Source of the DNA: Fimicolochytrium jonesii
Lineage: Eukaryota
Assembly (NCBI RefSeq): GCF_025526975.1
Contig: NW_026515670.1
Span: 62,001 to 126,000 of the forward strand
Direction: 5' to 3'
DNA: 64,000 nucleotides
Shown: piece after piece, positions 31,642 to 44,800 of the stretch
How the letters are laid out: the number at the start of each line of letters is the position of its first letter
How positions within the stretch are numbered: the first letter of the stretch is position 1
The notes under the pieces: model-generated
Told to the model about the DNA's origin: nothing
Seen by the model: the letters and a program-made list of their open reading frames with translations, nothing else
Database searches by the model: none
Position numbers and translations under genes: made by a program

Positions 31642-33087
31642 TGCCTCTTTCTATAGATGCTTGCCCGTTGCCTTAGTCTTACCGTTCTGGTCAACGCCCT
31701 CGTTGGAAATGCGTGGGCCGTGGGTCGCTAGTGGCGGTCAGCAGAATGTCACGCTGGTATGGCTTCGCGTCGTCCATCGGGTCCATTCTCCCACGATGTT
31801 CGCACGACATTGTGGGACATCACCGCCATCCCAACCAGCTTCATCGTCTCATTGCATCTCTCCGACTGCCTACGGTTCAAGGTAACGGTGTTCACGCGGG
31901 CCACAACGGCTTGATTCTGGCGTCTCTGGTCTTCCCGCATCATCCATCTATCTCCCGGATGTCGTATGCCCCTGAAATCCTTACCTTCGGACGTCGGCGG
32001 TCACAACTTCTGGAAGTTCAAAAGCACATTGCAACGTTATCCCGATACCTTTCTTTCTACGTTCGTCGATAGTCTCGTGGTGACCGGAAAGCCGGATGGT
32101 CACTTCCTTTTTGAATAGGAACCCGGACATCTGCAAATGCGTCATACATCTCTATCGCATTGGAAATGGATGCCCGCGGCTGATATCCCGCACTATGTTG
32201 TGAAGAGGAGCTGGATTTTCTCGGACTGACTGGTGCTATCTCTCCAGGCGCTGAACTGGGCACCGCGTCTACGGCCGCTATCCTAACTCAAGCGGTGGTG
32301 TTCGCAACTGAAGGGGTCCTACCACTACTCACTAGGACTGGGAGAGTAGAGAAAGGTTGAGAAAGCCCTCTCACTTGAGGTGGCAGAGTGGAAAAAGTTC
32401 TGGAGTTTTACGACTTTACTCCGTTCCTGCCGCTCCAGAAGCTTTGATCAGACGGAAGTACGCGGGATCTACTGAAGCGTGTTGGGGCCTGCTTACACCA
32501 ATACGGCGATGACTTCGTGGAAGAATTCAATACTCTATTCATTCAAAAGGTCCTCTACGTCAGGGACGACTTTGACGTTCTATATACAGGACCGCCGGTG
32601 CGAGCCAGGTGCTATAAACGCTATAGGCAGTGCGCATTGATCGAAACATCTCAATTTGAATCTCACCTGCTTGGGCGGGCCACGCATGCAAGGCCGACTG
32701 GGAGATGGTTGAACGTTTTGCCCTGGAGCTATGAAGTATAGTGGCAGCGATGGAGAGACCCTGGGCTCCGGAAAGTCGATACACCCAAGCAAACCGTAAA
32801 GAGATTCGTAGGAAGTAGGGGTTGCATAGCGCATGCTGAATGGGTAGGGTTTGCTGCTGCTGATCACAGCAATGAAATGGTCGGAAGGAAGGAAAGAAAA
32901 TGGTGATGCTAGTCCCCGCAGAAAAGCGCTCATGGTATGCCCACCAGGTCGTCACATACGACGATGTTGGATTGAAAAGAATAACAAATGATGAATGATA
33001 TGACAGCGCAAAAATGCGCTCAACAAAAAGTGGTGCCAAAAAGGCCGAAAGACGCATATGCAAGAAAACAACTGATGCACCTCCCTT

Positions 33088-36000
33088 TCAAACACCCCCA
33101 ACATCCCCAGCCCTAACCCACCCCCTCCACGCCCCCACCTCCTCCCTCACCGCCTTCAGTCTTTCCACAATCCTAAACTGCGGCACGGCGCGACAAATGA
33201 CGTGGTCGCTGTTTACGCGGTAGAAGACTGTTACTGTCGGTGAGGGCGAACCTTCCTCGGCTTCTGCGTCCTGTGATGCTTTGAGAGAGGAGGAGTGGTT
33301 GTTGGGGGTGGATCGCTTGGCTGGGGTGGTGGATGAGGTGGTTCGGCGGGTTGGTGAAGGCGTTGAAGATTTGTCGACGCGTGCAGGCGATGACGATGCG
33401 AGGTGTCCGCCTTTTCCATCTTCAGAGTCACTGGCGTCGCTCGAATCCGCATCCCTATCTCGTCTCCCGGCATCATCGGCCTCCATGTCCCCCTCATCTC
33501 CACTCCCCCCATCCCCCACAGCCCTTCTCAACTCCCGTATCCGCGCCTCAATCACCTCGTCAATCATCATCCCGTCCTCTTCCTCTTCCTCTTCCTCGTC
33601 CTCAACCTCCTCACCATCAGCCACACCCATCTCCCCACCCACCACCCCGAAATCCCCCGTCCTTGCCTCCAACACCTTCCTCGCCATCTCCTCATCCTCG
33701 CTCCACTCCCCATCGTCATCGTCATCCTCCGCGTCAACGATCGCTTGCGCTAAATACTCCAATTCCGGGTCATGTTCATGTCCATGTTCCATCCCCTCAT
33801 CGTGGAGTTCGCTAGGCGCGAAGCGCCCCTCGCTACCCTTCTCATCATCATCGCTCCCATCCTCATCATCGCTATCAGCAAGCAGTGCACGGCCAAGGAA
33901 CCATATCTTTCGCGTAGCCCTGTCCTGGTATATCGAGAGGATTTTAAGCAAACATTCAGGCTGGGTAGTCTCTGTCGCCCGGTGCGCGACGTAGAGGACA
34001 TCGTCAGGGTGCACGATCTCCGGGCCGAGGCGGGCGGCCCAGAGGCGTTGGTAAGGTGTTGTTGGGGCGGGATCGTCTTCGACGGAGATTGTGGATGTGA
34101 CTGAGACGTCGCTGTCGATCGACGCTGGGGGTAGCGATGGAGAGCTGAGCAACCCGTCTTCTTCCAAGAAGCTGAATTTGTCGTCGAAGATTTGTTGGTG
34201 GGTGTATCCTTCGTAGGAGGCGGCGATGCCTACGGCTTGGATGACTGCGGCGTAGAGGGCTACGTGGCCTCTACTGTTTTTCAATTCCGGCAGGTCGGGG
34301 AAATCTTCAAACGGGTTTCGGGCGAAGAATGGTGCGATAGTGGGTACGGATACAGTTGAAGAGGCGACGCTCCCGCGCCGGTCGCGGCGTTCCTCGGTTT
34401 TCTTGATCTGCGCGTACTCGACGTAGGACGGTTCGCGCAGACCGAAGGACGGGATGCTTGATGTATGGATGTTCCCATTCGCGGCCACGTTTCGCGCATC
34501 TTGCACGGACGACACAGGGAGCGGAACGACCCACGCCCCCTCGCCACTGTTCGTCCTAACCCGCTTCCCCTGCCGTTTAGCGATGATAGGGAACGCCTGT
34601 GCAATGACCCGCTCCGCAACGACAAGACACGGCCAGTAATCCGGCATTTCGGTCCCACGGGGCGGTGGGTTGAGATCGAGCAGATCGGAGAGGCACCAGA
34701 CCAGCTCGCCGCAGCGCGGTTCGTAGGCGATGCCGGCGTCTTCGTCTTCACTGCTGTCGAGGTCGGGTTCCATGCCGTTGGGATCTGGCTCCATCTTGTA
34801 GCTGCAGCATTGGCCGGGATCGTCGTCTTCAATGTCCCAGCCGCCTCGGGTGGGTTTGTCGTCGGTTGTCCAGCCGGCGCCTATCCCGTCGGAAGATCGC
34901 CAGGCGGCTTCGGCGCCGTCGTCATCATTCACGTCCACATCATCATTTTCTTCAATGTCTGTTTTCATTTCCATCTCATCGTCGTCTGTAATCCAACCAT
35001 CATCGTCGTTGTCTGATTGATTCCATCCTGTATCTACTTCGCCATCGCCGTTATCCCTCAGGCCGTCTTCAGACCCATTCACTTCCACGATCTCTGCATC
35101 GCTCGCAGATCCAGAATGCGATAGTTTTGAGACTTTTCGAAACGGGAAATCCTCGTCTGAATCTGAATCCGATGCTTTTCGCTTCGCTGATATCGCCCGA
35201 TCAGGAGATGATAGAGAGTCTGCGTCTTCTTCGATGGTCTGGTACTCGAAAACCTCATCCACAAAACGGCCATTCGATTCCGCGGTGACTTCGACTTTGA
35301 CGGAAGTGACTGTGGACGAGCGAATGGCACCCTTGCCACCATCCGCTTCATCATCGATCATTGATTGTACACCCTTCCCGACACTGTTTGTCTCCGAAGA
35401 CTCAGCACTGGGGACTCGAGAGATCTCCTCAGCGGCATTGTGCCCGTTTAATGGAGGCGAGTCGTCACGGGGCTGGAGATAATGCGCGTGAATAGAATCA
35501 TGATCAAACGATGCACCGAAATTCTTCTCGACAATCGCCACCAGCTCTGCCGCCCGATCTTCCGATAATGGTTGGCCTTTGCAAAACTGGCAAGGACAAG
35601 GAACCGTAGGCTTGCCCTCAACCAGCCATCTCAGATGCGGCTCAAATTCGGCCGGTGATCGATACCGTCTCCCGCTAGGGTGTCCATACAAATAAGCGTC
35701 CACATGGGTCCCCACATGCCTCCTCGTCTCAAAGAGCTTGTATCCCTTCGGAAACCCAATCTCCAAAAGCCCTAGTTTCGGAAGCCACACAGAGCGCAAT
35801 TTCCCTTCGGGCCCCTCATCCGCCTCCCTCATCTTATCCGTCAGCTCCGGGTACGTCTGCGGATCCCCATCCGAGAACAGCGGACGCACCGATTCGCCAG
35901 AGACCACTCTGCTCCGTCTCCCGCGCCTGTCTCCATGACGCAGACGGAGTAACTCCCGTTGCCGCTCCCGTTCTATGCGTTTCTCCTTTTTGCGTCGGAA

Positions 36001-36261
36001 ATACAGCTTCGTTTTCGGGTGCTCCGCACCCAGACTGCGAAACACCGCCTCCTCGACTTCATCGTCGGTATCGGCTTCGGAAAGCGGGGGTGGGTTGCGG
36101 TTTCGGTGTTGTTTTCGGGTTGTTCGGCCGTTTTGGGGTGAGTCGTCTTCGGACACTGTTTCTGTGCCTGAGGACTCGGGGTAGAGGTCGACGATCTTGC
36201 AGGTTCCTGCAAACCTATCCGACTCGTCGTCGTCGTGGTCGCCGTTCAGGGTCCACGGCAT
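33088..36261 (-). CDS. clr2: Clr2-like (cryptic loci regulator 2 / SHREC subunit) transcriptional silencing protein
   Basis: N-terminal signature FPKGYKLFE...DAYLYGHPSGRRYRSPAEFEPHLRWL...CPCQFC, then PRCGELVW...YWPCLV and RLGPEIVHPDDVL, with long acidic linkers. First ATG at 36261 (MPWTLNG). Confidence 0.8.
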   Translation of the reverse strand: MPWTLNGDHDDDESDRFAGTCKIVDLYPESSGTETVSEDDSPQNGRTTRKQHRNRNPPPLSEADTDDEVEEAVFRSLGAEHPKTKLYFRRKKEKRIERERQRELLRLRHGDRRGRRSRVVSGESVRPLFSDGDPQTYPELTDKMREADEGPEGKLRSVWLPKLGLLEIGFPKGYKLFETRRHVGTHVDAYLYGHPSGRRYRSPAEFEPHLRWLVEGKPTVPCPCQFCKGQPLSEDRAAELVAIVEKNFGASFDHDSIHAHYLQPRDDSPPLNGHNAAEEISRVPSAESSETNSVGKGVQSMIDDEADGGKGAIRSSTVTSVKVEVTAESNGRFVDEVFEYQTIEEDADSLSSPDRAISAKRKASDSDSDEDFPFRKVSKLSHSGSASDAEIVEVNGSEDGLRDNGDGEVDTGWNQSDNDDDGWITDDDEMEMKTDIEENDDVDVNDDDGAEAAWRSSDGIGAGWTTDDKPTRGGWDIEDDDPGQCCSYKMEPDPNGMEPDLDSSEDEDAGIAYEPRCGELVWCLSDLLDLNPPPRGTEMPDYWPCLVVAERVIAQAFPIIAKRQGKRVRTNSGEGAWVVPLPVSSVQDARNVAANGNIHTSSIPSFGLREPSYVEYAQIKKTEERRDRRGSVASSTVSVPTIAPFFARNPFEDFPDLPELKNSRGHVALYAAVIQAVGIAASYEGYTHQQIFDDKFSFLEEDGLLSSPSLPPASIDSDVSVTSTISVEDDPAPTTPYQRLWAARLGPEIVHPDDVLYVAHRATETTQPECLLKILSIYQDRATRKIWFLGRALLADSDDEDGSDDDEKGSEGRFAPSELHDEGMEHGHEHDPELEYLAQAIVDAEDDDDDGEWSEDEEMARKVLEARTGDFGVVGGEMGVADGEEVEDEEEEEEEDGMMIDEVIEARIRELRRAVGDGGSGDEGDMEADDAGRRDRDADSSDASDSEDGKGGHLASSSPARVDKSSTPSPTRRTTSSTTPAKRSTPNNHSSSLKASQDAEAEEGSPSPTVTVFYRVNSDHVICRAVPQFRIVERLKAVREEVGAWRGWVRAGDVGGV

Positions 36262-37847
36262 TTCGGATTGGTTCGAAGGTTGGCACCGAAGCCGATTCCA
36301 CTTCGTCCGGACTCTGTTGCAGTGTTCCAATTCGACCTCGGCGAGGAGGTTTTCGTGACAAGACTCCCGGCAAAGTTTCTCCTGCAGGATATATGGTACT
36401 ATTTCGTGCGTACGTGTCCTCTGCCTTGCCTGCCTGTCTCCCTGGGTGCGGGGCAAGTCGGCGATATGAAGGCGATCGGTCCGAACAGGGACGGTTTGTC
36501 CAACCAGCAGCGAGTGAAAAAAGACTAGGCCACACGCGCGCGGCATGACGTGGGCACTGGCCTGACGAAATCGACAGCGCGTCGTTTCTTTCCGCCGAGA
36601 CCACGTTTTCCTGCTGTTCACTCCGTGCCCATCTCATATGAACCATACATAGGCCTCTCTCCTGCTATCCCTCGCTCCCTCCATATCCAACATTGTTTTC
36701 TTCGGTACTTGCTCAGTGAAAATGCCGAGCGTGAAGTCGGGAAAAGCGGACTCACGCAATGCCACACATCGTAGACATTAACGCCCAATCGTTAAAGGAG
36801 GGGCCCCCTGCCATTTGAGTAACTCTCACCGTTGCAGTAGTGTATCTCACAGGGGATCACCTCAAACGCATTTCCAAGGAGTTGGGTATGCGAGGCTGCC
36901 CGATATCCCCTCGGACAATTTCCACTACCCATCCCTCGGAAAGCTATCCTAAGGTACGATGCTCATCAGATCCCAGGCCGGATTGAAGCAATTCCACACC
37001 CAGGCCGGATCGACAAGCACCGTATCACATCCAGTGCAAACAACTGGTCCTGGTCCGTACAAAAATGTCTCCGATTCCTAACGAGAGCCAGAAAAAACTT
37101 AGGCATCGTACCTGCCTGCGACGATCGGGTAAAGAGACGCTGCATGTACCGTCCAGAAGGTCATCCCATCCCCCTTTTCTCATCGAGATCTGCTAACCGC
37201 AACGCAGCTCTCTCCCCACACCGCAAACCACCCACACCAACCAACACAAATCTTTTCAAGTTCACGAATTTGGGGTATAATGTTCCGTACATTACAATTT
37301 ACAACACACACAAGCAATGCCACACGGAAAAACAGTCGTACATGCAGCTTCAAATGACCCACAACCAATCTCCCAAAACTCGCACATTCCACTTCTTCAA
37401 CACGCACAAAGCGATTTTGTTCCTTATTCCTTTTTCTTTTCAATGGCGACGGCCACACGTAACAAACTACGGCAAAAAATAGTTGAGGGATACATTCGAA
37501 CACATCGCACAGACACACACGCGGGGAAGGGGAGTATGGTGTAGGGAGGGAATTTAGGGGGAGGGGAGAGGGACACGACGCGAGGAAACACCGCTGGGAC
37601 ACGAGGGAGGCGTTCTTTCAGATGGCTTCACATACCCGTGTGATGGGAGGGGGACGGGAGTTGGAGTAAGGAGGGGAGATTTTTCACAAAATTCGTTTTT
37701 ACTTTTTCCGCCTTGGCCGTGTGTTGAGGATTGGGTCGCCGGGAGGGGGTTACGATATATATACGCGGTTGTATAGAGGAGGATTCGAAATCGTGTACGA
37801 GGAATGTCGATATGTGGCCGATTTCGAATGTGAATGTGTGATGTCTC

Positions 37848-40001
37848 CTAGTCCGAATCCGACGAAGACGCATCGTCCGAGTCATCGCCATCGTCGTCGC
37901 TTCCCGCGAGGCCCCTGACAGCCGTGTTCGCCGGAGTAGCTGCCGCAGCGCCGCCCGCCGTTTTCATCGTAGCATGTTTAACGAAATCGTACAACGTGCA
38001 GAGCGTCCCGTCATCAATCGAGTCGATGTCAAGCTCAATCTCTTCCTCGGTGTCGCGGAGGTGAGGCAGGCCCGAACGGATGATCTCGACGACGTTGGTC
38101 ATGTCCGAGTAGCCGAGGGATCCAATGAGCACCGAGAGCTCCGATTTCTGTTCGTAAGTGATCGATTTGGATTTCGGCGCGGACGCTGACTGCCTTCGTT
38201 TCTTGAGTGTGGACGCGGACGCCTTTGGCGGTCTGCCCGCCCGGGAGGATGTGCTGGCGCGGGGTCTCTTGGCCTTCATTGTTGCTACTGTGGTGGAAGG
38301 AGTGGTTGAGGAGGCTTGGCTTTCTTTCTTTGACTTGATAGACCGGAAGGAGGAGAAATGGGAGGGGGGCTTGGGGGTAGTGGAGGAAGTGACGACTGCA
38401 GCAGCGAGGGACTCTCCATCCAGGGGCTGCGCCCCGCCATCGAGGTCAGCTTTCACTGAAACCCCTGCATCTGCCCCTGCTGCTGCGACTGCTCCAGCCG
38501 GTGTCACTGCCCCCCCACCACCCATGATTTTCCCGTTTCGCCATTTTACGCCGCACTTGTTGCACAATGTCCCGCAGCCAGAGGGGCCACGGCGCCACAT
38601 GGGGGTTTCACTGGTTCCGCAGTACTCACAGTGCTTATCACCAGTGCTCTTGGTCCTGCTCCTCTTTGACGGTGCTGACGAAGGGGCACCATCAGCGTCG
38701 ATACCGAGATCGGACGTTGCCATCGATGCGCGTCGTGCGGCGGCCTTGGAGGACGATGGACGGCGTTTCTTGGCGGCGGGAACGGTGGCTGCAGCGGCAA
38801 TGCTGGCAGCAGAGACGGAGGATCGCTTACGCTTGCCCTTCTTCTTCTCAGTGAGGAGCGCGAGCTGTTGGTTGATGGATTGGAGGCAGGTAGCTAACGT
38901 GGTGATCTGGTGGTTGACATCATCATCCTCGTCCTCCTCCTCTTCTTCGCTTGACTCGTATTCTTCTTTCATCTGAGCGATGCTACTGCTGGTCGACAGA
39001 CGGCGCGTTGCTGGTGAAGACTTTGCCTTCTTCACGGGTATGATTTCCGGCTCGAAGATCTTTGGCGCGCGCACGTGGCGTTTGGAGAGACGACGTTGCT
39101 GAGGGGCAGACGCCAACGCCGCTTCGGCAGGATATTCCGCGGAGGATTTGTGGGACAGTGATGTTGTTGTGATGGTAGGGAAGTGCTTGCTGAGTTGAAG
39201 AGAGAAGAAGCTGTCGAGCGACTTGCCAAGCTGATGGACGTGGTTGTTATGTGGGTTGTATATGAAGCAATTGTTGAGCATCAGCTGAATGTCATCGGCG
39301 AACTGCTGGACGTCGTGATATTGCCGCGTGTTCAGTTTCGAGTTGACCGTCGATAGATCCATGGGCTGCTTGATGACGTCGAAGTAATCCGGTGCGCCCG
39401 CCGCTACGGGGTCAACGGGCATCTGGAAAGGCCATGCCGAGCCGTGCTTCATGAGCTCGTTAATCAGTTGAGTGCAGGCTTTGAATTCCGCGGCGGTGAG
39501 GATGGGAGGTGATGGGGCGGGCGGTGATTGGGAGAAGACGGACACTCCCGAGAAGGCGTCGACATCCATCTTGGTGTCGATGGCAGGTCGGATGACGCTT
39601 GCGACGGGACCTTCAAAGCTTTCTTCAACCACCGTTGCTTGCTTCTCGTCGATTTCCGTCTTCTCCTCTACATCCACAACCTCCATGGCCGCTTGCTCAG
39701 CAGACAGAGGCAGCTTGATTTCATCGTCGACAACAACATCCATCTCAGCAGACGCTGACAGTTCTGGGCCGTCAGAAGGAGGTGAGAGAGGGAGCGACGA
39801 TGGCGACCGCGTGATTGGTATACCATCGAGTTGCTTGTGGCCTGGCTTCCCATCGACGGGGCTCACGGGTGCGACCACCTTGAGTTCCTCGGCCGGTCCC
39901 CCAACATTGATGGTCGTTGGTGAGACGTGAGCCGACCCGGCCGTTGCTCTGTGCCCTCCCGACAATACAGATGTATCAAGCGTTGCGAGAGCCATCGTCA
40001 T
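37848..40001 (-). CDS. BET-like protein: single bromodomain, GATA zinc finger, extraterminal (ET) domain
   Basis: Bromodomain [11 protein letters not shown]...[16 protein letters not shown]...CFIYN; GATA finger [26 protein letters not shown] (C-x2-C-x18-C-x2-C); [12 protein letters not shown]...VVEII...[22 protein letters not shown]; single uninterrupted frame. Confidence 0.92.
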   Translation of the reverse strand: MTMALATLDTSVLSGGHRATAGSAHVSPTTINVGGPAEELKVVAPVSPVDGKPGHKQLDGIPITRSPSSLPLSPPSDGPELSASAEMDVVVDDEIKLPLSAEQAAMEVVDVEEKTEIDEKQATVVEESFEGPVASVIRPAIDTKMDVDAFSGVSVFSQSPPAPSPPILTAAEFKACTQLINELMKHGSAWPFQMPVDPVAAGAPDYFDVIKQPMDLSTVNSKLNTRQYHDVQQFADDIQLMLNNCFIYNPHNNHVHQLGKSLDSFFSLQLSKHFPTITTTSLSHKSSAEYPAEAALASAPQQRRLSKRHVRAPKIFEPEIIPVKKAKSSPATRRLSTSSSIAQMKEEYESSEEEEEDEDDDVNHQITTLATCLQSINQQLALLTEKKKGKRKRSSVSAASIAAAATVPAAKKRRPSSSKAAARRASMATSDLGIDADGAPSSAPSKRSRTKSTGDKHCEYCGTSETPMWRRGPSGCGTLCNKCGVKWRNGKIMGGGGAVTPAGAVAAAGADAGVSVKADLDGGAQPLDGESLAAAVVTSSTTPKPPSHFSSFRSIKSKKESQASSTTPSTTVATMKAKRPRASTSSRAGRPPKASASTLKKRRQSASAPKSKSITYEQKSELSVLIGSLGYSDMTNVVEIIRSGLPHLRDTEEEIELDIDSIDDGTLCTLYDFVKHATMKTAGGAAAATPANTAVRGLAGSDDDGDDSDDASSSDSD

Positions 40002-41797
40002 AGCGGGCGGTCTAGAGGAAAATGAGGAGGATAGTGAGGACCAGATGAAGTCGAAGTAAAGGCCGAACGTCAACAATGTACCTTCCAAGACCAAATGCAC
40101 ACAAATGTTAATCTACGGCGATGTAGTCACCGTTAGGAGATCGTAGCAGGGTATATTGACGCTGAATCTCGCAAGTTTGATGAGCGACTGTTGTTTTTCT
40201 ATCGAAGGCTTGGCTTGATCACGAATTCGAAGCAGTCTGTAATAGTTGAAGAAAAGGGAACGGAAAGGTCAGCGACGGCCGTCCATGGTCTCCTTTGCAC
40301 GGTCTAGATGGCACCATGTCCACGACCAATCCCCACGGCCGCATATCCAACATCCCCAACACCACCCCATCGCCGAGCAATCCTGACAATTCCAACGTGG
40401 TCCGCCGTCATGGTTGGACAAGGGTGCCGTAGAACGCGGAGCAGGCGAGAACGCAAGAGAGCAAGCTGGTGGTAGAAAGCACGGCATGAAGGAAGGACGA
40501 CACGGAGGCGGTTGATCATCCAATGCCTCGATGGGTTGGAAATCTTCCGACGAACGACTCGATCGTGAGCAGCGACGATTTGCATTGCTTGATCCCACGA
40601 CGTTGAATGAACGAGACGATTGTGCTGGGTACAACGAGTACGCCAATCTCTTGCCACGCCAACTTGCATCATGCGGATCGTCATGCGGATGAAGAGGAGG
40701 TATGCGCATGCTTGACGAACAACACGAGGTTCATGATCCGACGTCCGAGCGTATTGAGCCTTGCCCAAATCCATTCCCACAACGGCGAACTCACGCCACT
40801 GACCCCAGCAAGTGTAGCTAGCGCCGACAGCATTGAGCAGGAGATTTGCAACGACGGAGGAATCACCCGTTCGCGCCGATGAGTCTGCTCTTGCTTACGA
40901 TGTGCCGACGATGCCCACGTCCGTGCCCCCAACCAACCAGCACGCTCGCCTGCCCTCATGACGGTCGACTTTGCATGCTTAGCTCAGCCACGCAAGCACC
41001 CTTGCCAACGATGTCTGATCTGACGAGCGCCGACGACATCGCCGACGACGACGACGACGACGACGACGACGCAGCGCAGACAACGAGATAGCTCACCGAA
41101 AGGGGGGAGTGCAAAAGCCGGGCGTGGGAAAATCGAGGGTTTGGCGACGACGCCGCCACCTGAGAGTCTTGGCGGGATAGCGTTGTTGTTGATGATGATG
41201 CTGGGGATGATGGATCTGGAGCGCGCGTTTTGCAGGCCGTGCGTTTTGATGAAATTCCCAGCTGCTGCTGCTTTTTGCTGAGCCTTTGTTTTGTTGTCCC
41301 GACGCGCTTGGATGAGAACCGGATGGGCTGTGTGTCGATTTGGCGTCGCGCACACTGAGCGGAACGCGCTTTTCCAACGCAGGGGGGTGCGGGGAAAGGG
41401 CCGCGGCTTGATTCAAGGCCATTGGAGCGGAAGAAAATGGGGTGCGGCGCACACGTGACGCAACAACTTGGCTGGTCTCCAAGGCGACCAACGAGTGCCG
41501 ATGGCGCACCTTCCGAGGGGCCGAATCGGTCGCTTGCTTGATTGCCCGGCGTCGGCAGTCAGAGAAGGCGGAAGAAGTTTTCTTCGAGTTGAAGCTCCGG
41601 GCGAAAGTTGAAACAACCCCAACTGAAACCGGTGTTGTTTTCGGGATGTTGTTGCCCTTGCCCAAGCCCACGAACGGCGACGACGACGAAACAAACGAAC
41701 CAGCGAGCCTCCCTCAGGCTCTCCCTCGCCTCTCTCTCTCATTCCCACGGCTTACCTTGCTATGTTGCGGTTGAATTTTTTTTCTTCCCTTAGAATG

Positions 41798-41818
41798 TGA
41801 GTCACGTGTTGTGAGTCA
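41798..41818. promoter_or_regulatory. Paired AP-1 sites with overlapping E-box, putative promoter of the BET-GATA gene
   Basis: TGAGTCA at 41798 and 41812, CACGTG at 41803. A minus-strand GTAAG donor near 41755 suggests a non-coding first exon; CCAAT boxes near 41870 and 42073. Confidence 0.35.
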
Positions 41819-44800
41819 GAGGGAATAGGCCACTGTCGGAATAGTGCGCAGCAAGCGAGTGGACGAACGATTGGTGGGTGGGAAGCAAAAAGATGCGGGA
41901 TTTTAAACGCCGAGGGCGCTGCTGCACGCTCTGGCCGTTTTATACTCTGCTAGTGATTTGGCCCTTGGCAGGGGGTCCCGGATTTGCCATTTTGGCCCAG
42001 CATCGCAGGGGTTCCCGCTTTGTGCACTCTGGCCCTAACGGTGGAGATGACAAACATGCGCGTCGCGTCGTGATTGGCTGCAAGGGGTGGCGCAGCACGC
42101 TCGCACAAAGTGAACCGCACCCAGGAACTCGGCACAAGTGACGAACCCGCTCGTCACATCAGCAAGCAAAAGCCAAACATCAACATCCCTCGCTTCCCCT
42201 CCCCCCAATATCACACAGCTCCAATATGTCACATATGATACAACCAAAGGCGCGGGCGGGCCGCGAAAAAAAAATAAATGATGCAGGATCGACATGGCCG
42301 TCAGGTTGGTACCACGAATCTATGACTCCAACGATCAATGCGAGATAGAGCCGGCCGCTCGGTATACGCGCAGTCAGTCCCCTGGTTCGAAGCGCTTCTC
42401 GAAGCCTGTCGAGAAGATTCTGGTGAGTAGGTTGGTCGACATGCACAGGCAACGAACGGAAATGAAGTCCCACAGCAGCGTAAGAAAGTGGACAGGAATA
42501 TCGCATACCTTGAGTCGGTAGCACTCAGTCTCCGAATTGGCATTCGCAATCTGACATTCTGTCAAATTCGGGATCAAACCTTATGTCCGTGAATGTGCCC
42601 CCGCCGGGTTACCATAGCTTGCTAGTGCCCCTTCAGCAGCAACAGAAAGCTGCTGACGCCCCGCAAATCGAGTAAGTGCACATGTAGAAGTCCGCACGAC
42701 GTTCGATGTCTCCCATTTGAGAATGCAAGTCGGTGAAAATATGGGAACCGTCCCCAGAGGTTGATGCAGCGGTGCAGTAGAGAACGCAATGATACTCTCC
42801 CGCAAACGAGTCCAATGCGTGATCTCGTTTCGCCCTCGTTCCATGAGCGAATCAAACGGAGGCGAATTTTGAGCTGTTCAAAATCGACGGGAAGCATACG
42901 GGGCCGGCAGGCTCCGAAGGACGCTTTTGGCAGTAGTTTGAGATCTCCCCGCTTCTTCAGACGTTTGACCAGCTGTACTCGGATCGCTTCGGGGGGGACG
43001 TGCCAGAAATGTCGCGAAAAGTTGATTTCCGTAGATGCACCGTTGGTCACGACGGCCGCGATCGGGAACGTTGTGCTGTGCGCGAGAGCGATCGCGCCAA
43101 TCTGCTGCTTGGCGACTCGGCAAGTAGCGCATTTCGGTGAGGTCAAACCTATCAAGGTAATAGAAGCGTTAGAAAAGCTACGTCAAGTCAAGAAATGACG
43201 TGGTATATAGTATAATACCTCCACGTTTTTCCCACGGGCGTTGAACTGTCAAATCTACAGCTAGCCGATGTCCTCCCACGCTCATCTTCCGAGACGGAGA
43301 GGGCTTCGGCAATCAATACGGCTGCGGACGCTCGCATTCCGACATTCGAGACAGGTTGGTCAAACAACAATATAGCGTGAGCCTATTCGCCATTCCTGCG
43401 TGGGAAAGTCATACTCTACTCGGTCCGGAGCTGCGACGATGGAGATTCTCCATCCTCGTGAAGTCATTAGCGATCGAGCGTGGGATTCGCGTTGAAGAGC
43501 TTTCGCCGCCCCGGCGACCAAGGTCGTTGGGCATGGGAAAATACCACCCAGAACTCGCAAACCTGGGCTCCATGCACTAAAACAGTGGAAGAACAAAGAA
43601 GATCATGGTCAACAACCACCCTGCGAAGTATAGCGAAAACCCTGTTTCCACAGTCAAAGTCCAAACTTTCTCTCCACATCTGCACCATTTGCGGCCTGGG
43701 AGAAAAGAGAGAAAGAAAAGCTTACCCGTTCCGAAATCGTAGACAAATCAGCAAAGCGGCGAATTTCAGTAGCCTAGCCTACACCCCCTGCGTCGGAAGT
43801 GCAGCGAGAAACAACAAGCTCTAAACCAGCTGATATCGACTACTTGTTTCCCACTCCGCGATCAACTGACTGTACAGACGAGGCCTCGACCGGCAAGTGT
43901 CCTCTGAGCGTCGTTTTACAGCTGGAGAAGTCAACCGTGCGCCTCCTGTGAGAACGCATACTGCCCGTGGCGATTCCTGGTTGGCCTTGGTAGTTTGTTG
44001 CGATTGGTGATCTGGTTGCGGCGGTTTGAGTGAGTGGGGCAAGAAAAGAAAGACTTTGCTTGTCATCGGTGGGGAGAATGCTTTGTGAGAAGCGCGCAAA
44101 CTTCTCCTGATTCGTCATCACTTGACTCACGCTTGTTTTGACACTATCTTGCTGTCACTGTCAACCAGACCAGGGCTTCCCTCTCGATTCAAGCTGGTTG
44201 TCTTGCGCCGGGAGACGCCATTGTTATCGTGGAAGTGGTTTCGCTGTTATCCTTTGCTGTGCAGCTTTGATATGCCCCAGCGGAAGAATCTCCTCAACGT
44301 GCATGTGCAATACAAGGTAGTTCAGTCTGCGGTAGACAGGCTGGACGGAATTGACAAGCTGAAAACCGCTTAGAACGAGAACCAGCACCACCCGCAGGTC
44401 CCCCTTCGCGGATTGCCAACACTCTACAAGAGGGTCACAATGCGCGAACACTCTTCTAGTAACCCGTCCCATCAGTCTGACTCGTCGACCAAAGTGAAAT
44501 TTTGATTGTGCCAAAAGGGTCGGGCATGCTCAGACGGTATACACGCTTGAACTTGCGCCTTGCTCTTGTCTGCGTTTGGTGCGCCTACAGCCTGTTTGTC
44601 AAATAGTGTCGCCGCCTTTGACTTCCAATTATCCATGCGGCATAGAAGCTACCAACTCGGCGGAGGTATCTGACCGAGCTGGGCCGCAGACATTGAAATG
44701 TGCGGTGAACAAGCGCACCGGGGGCAGCCAATGGGGTTGTCGATTTGCCGGTATCATTGAGAACGCCTTGCAAAGCGAGTGCTTGATGTAGAGGGTAGTG

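Noticed and set aside
31750..32950. Possible small gene between the aminopeptidase and Clr2-like genes
   Set aside because: Protein-like fragments and splice-like signals exist, but stops interrupt the frames and no family is recognisable.
36262..36621. N-terminal extension of the 1177-aa ORF
   Set aside because: Begins at a non-ATG codon; more likely 5' leader sequence before the ATG at 36261.
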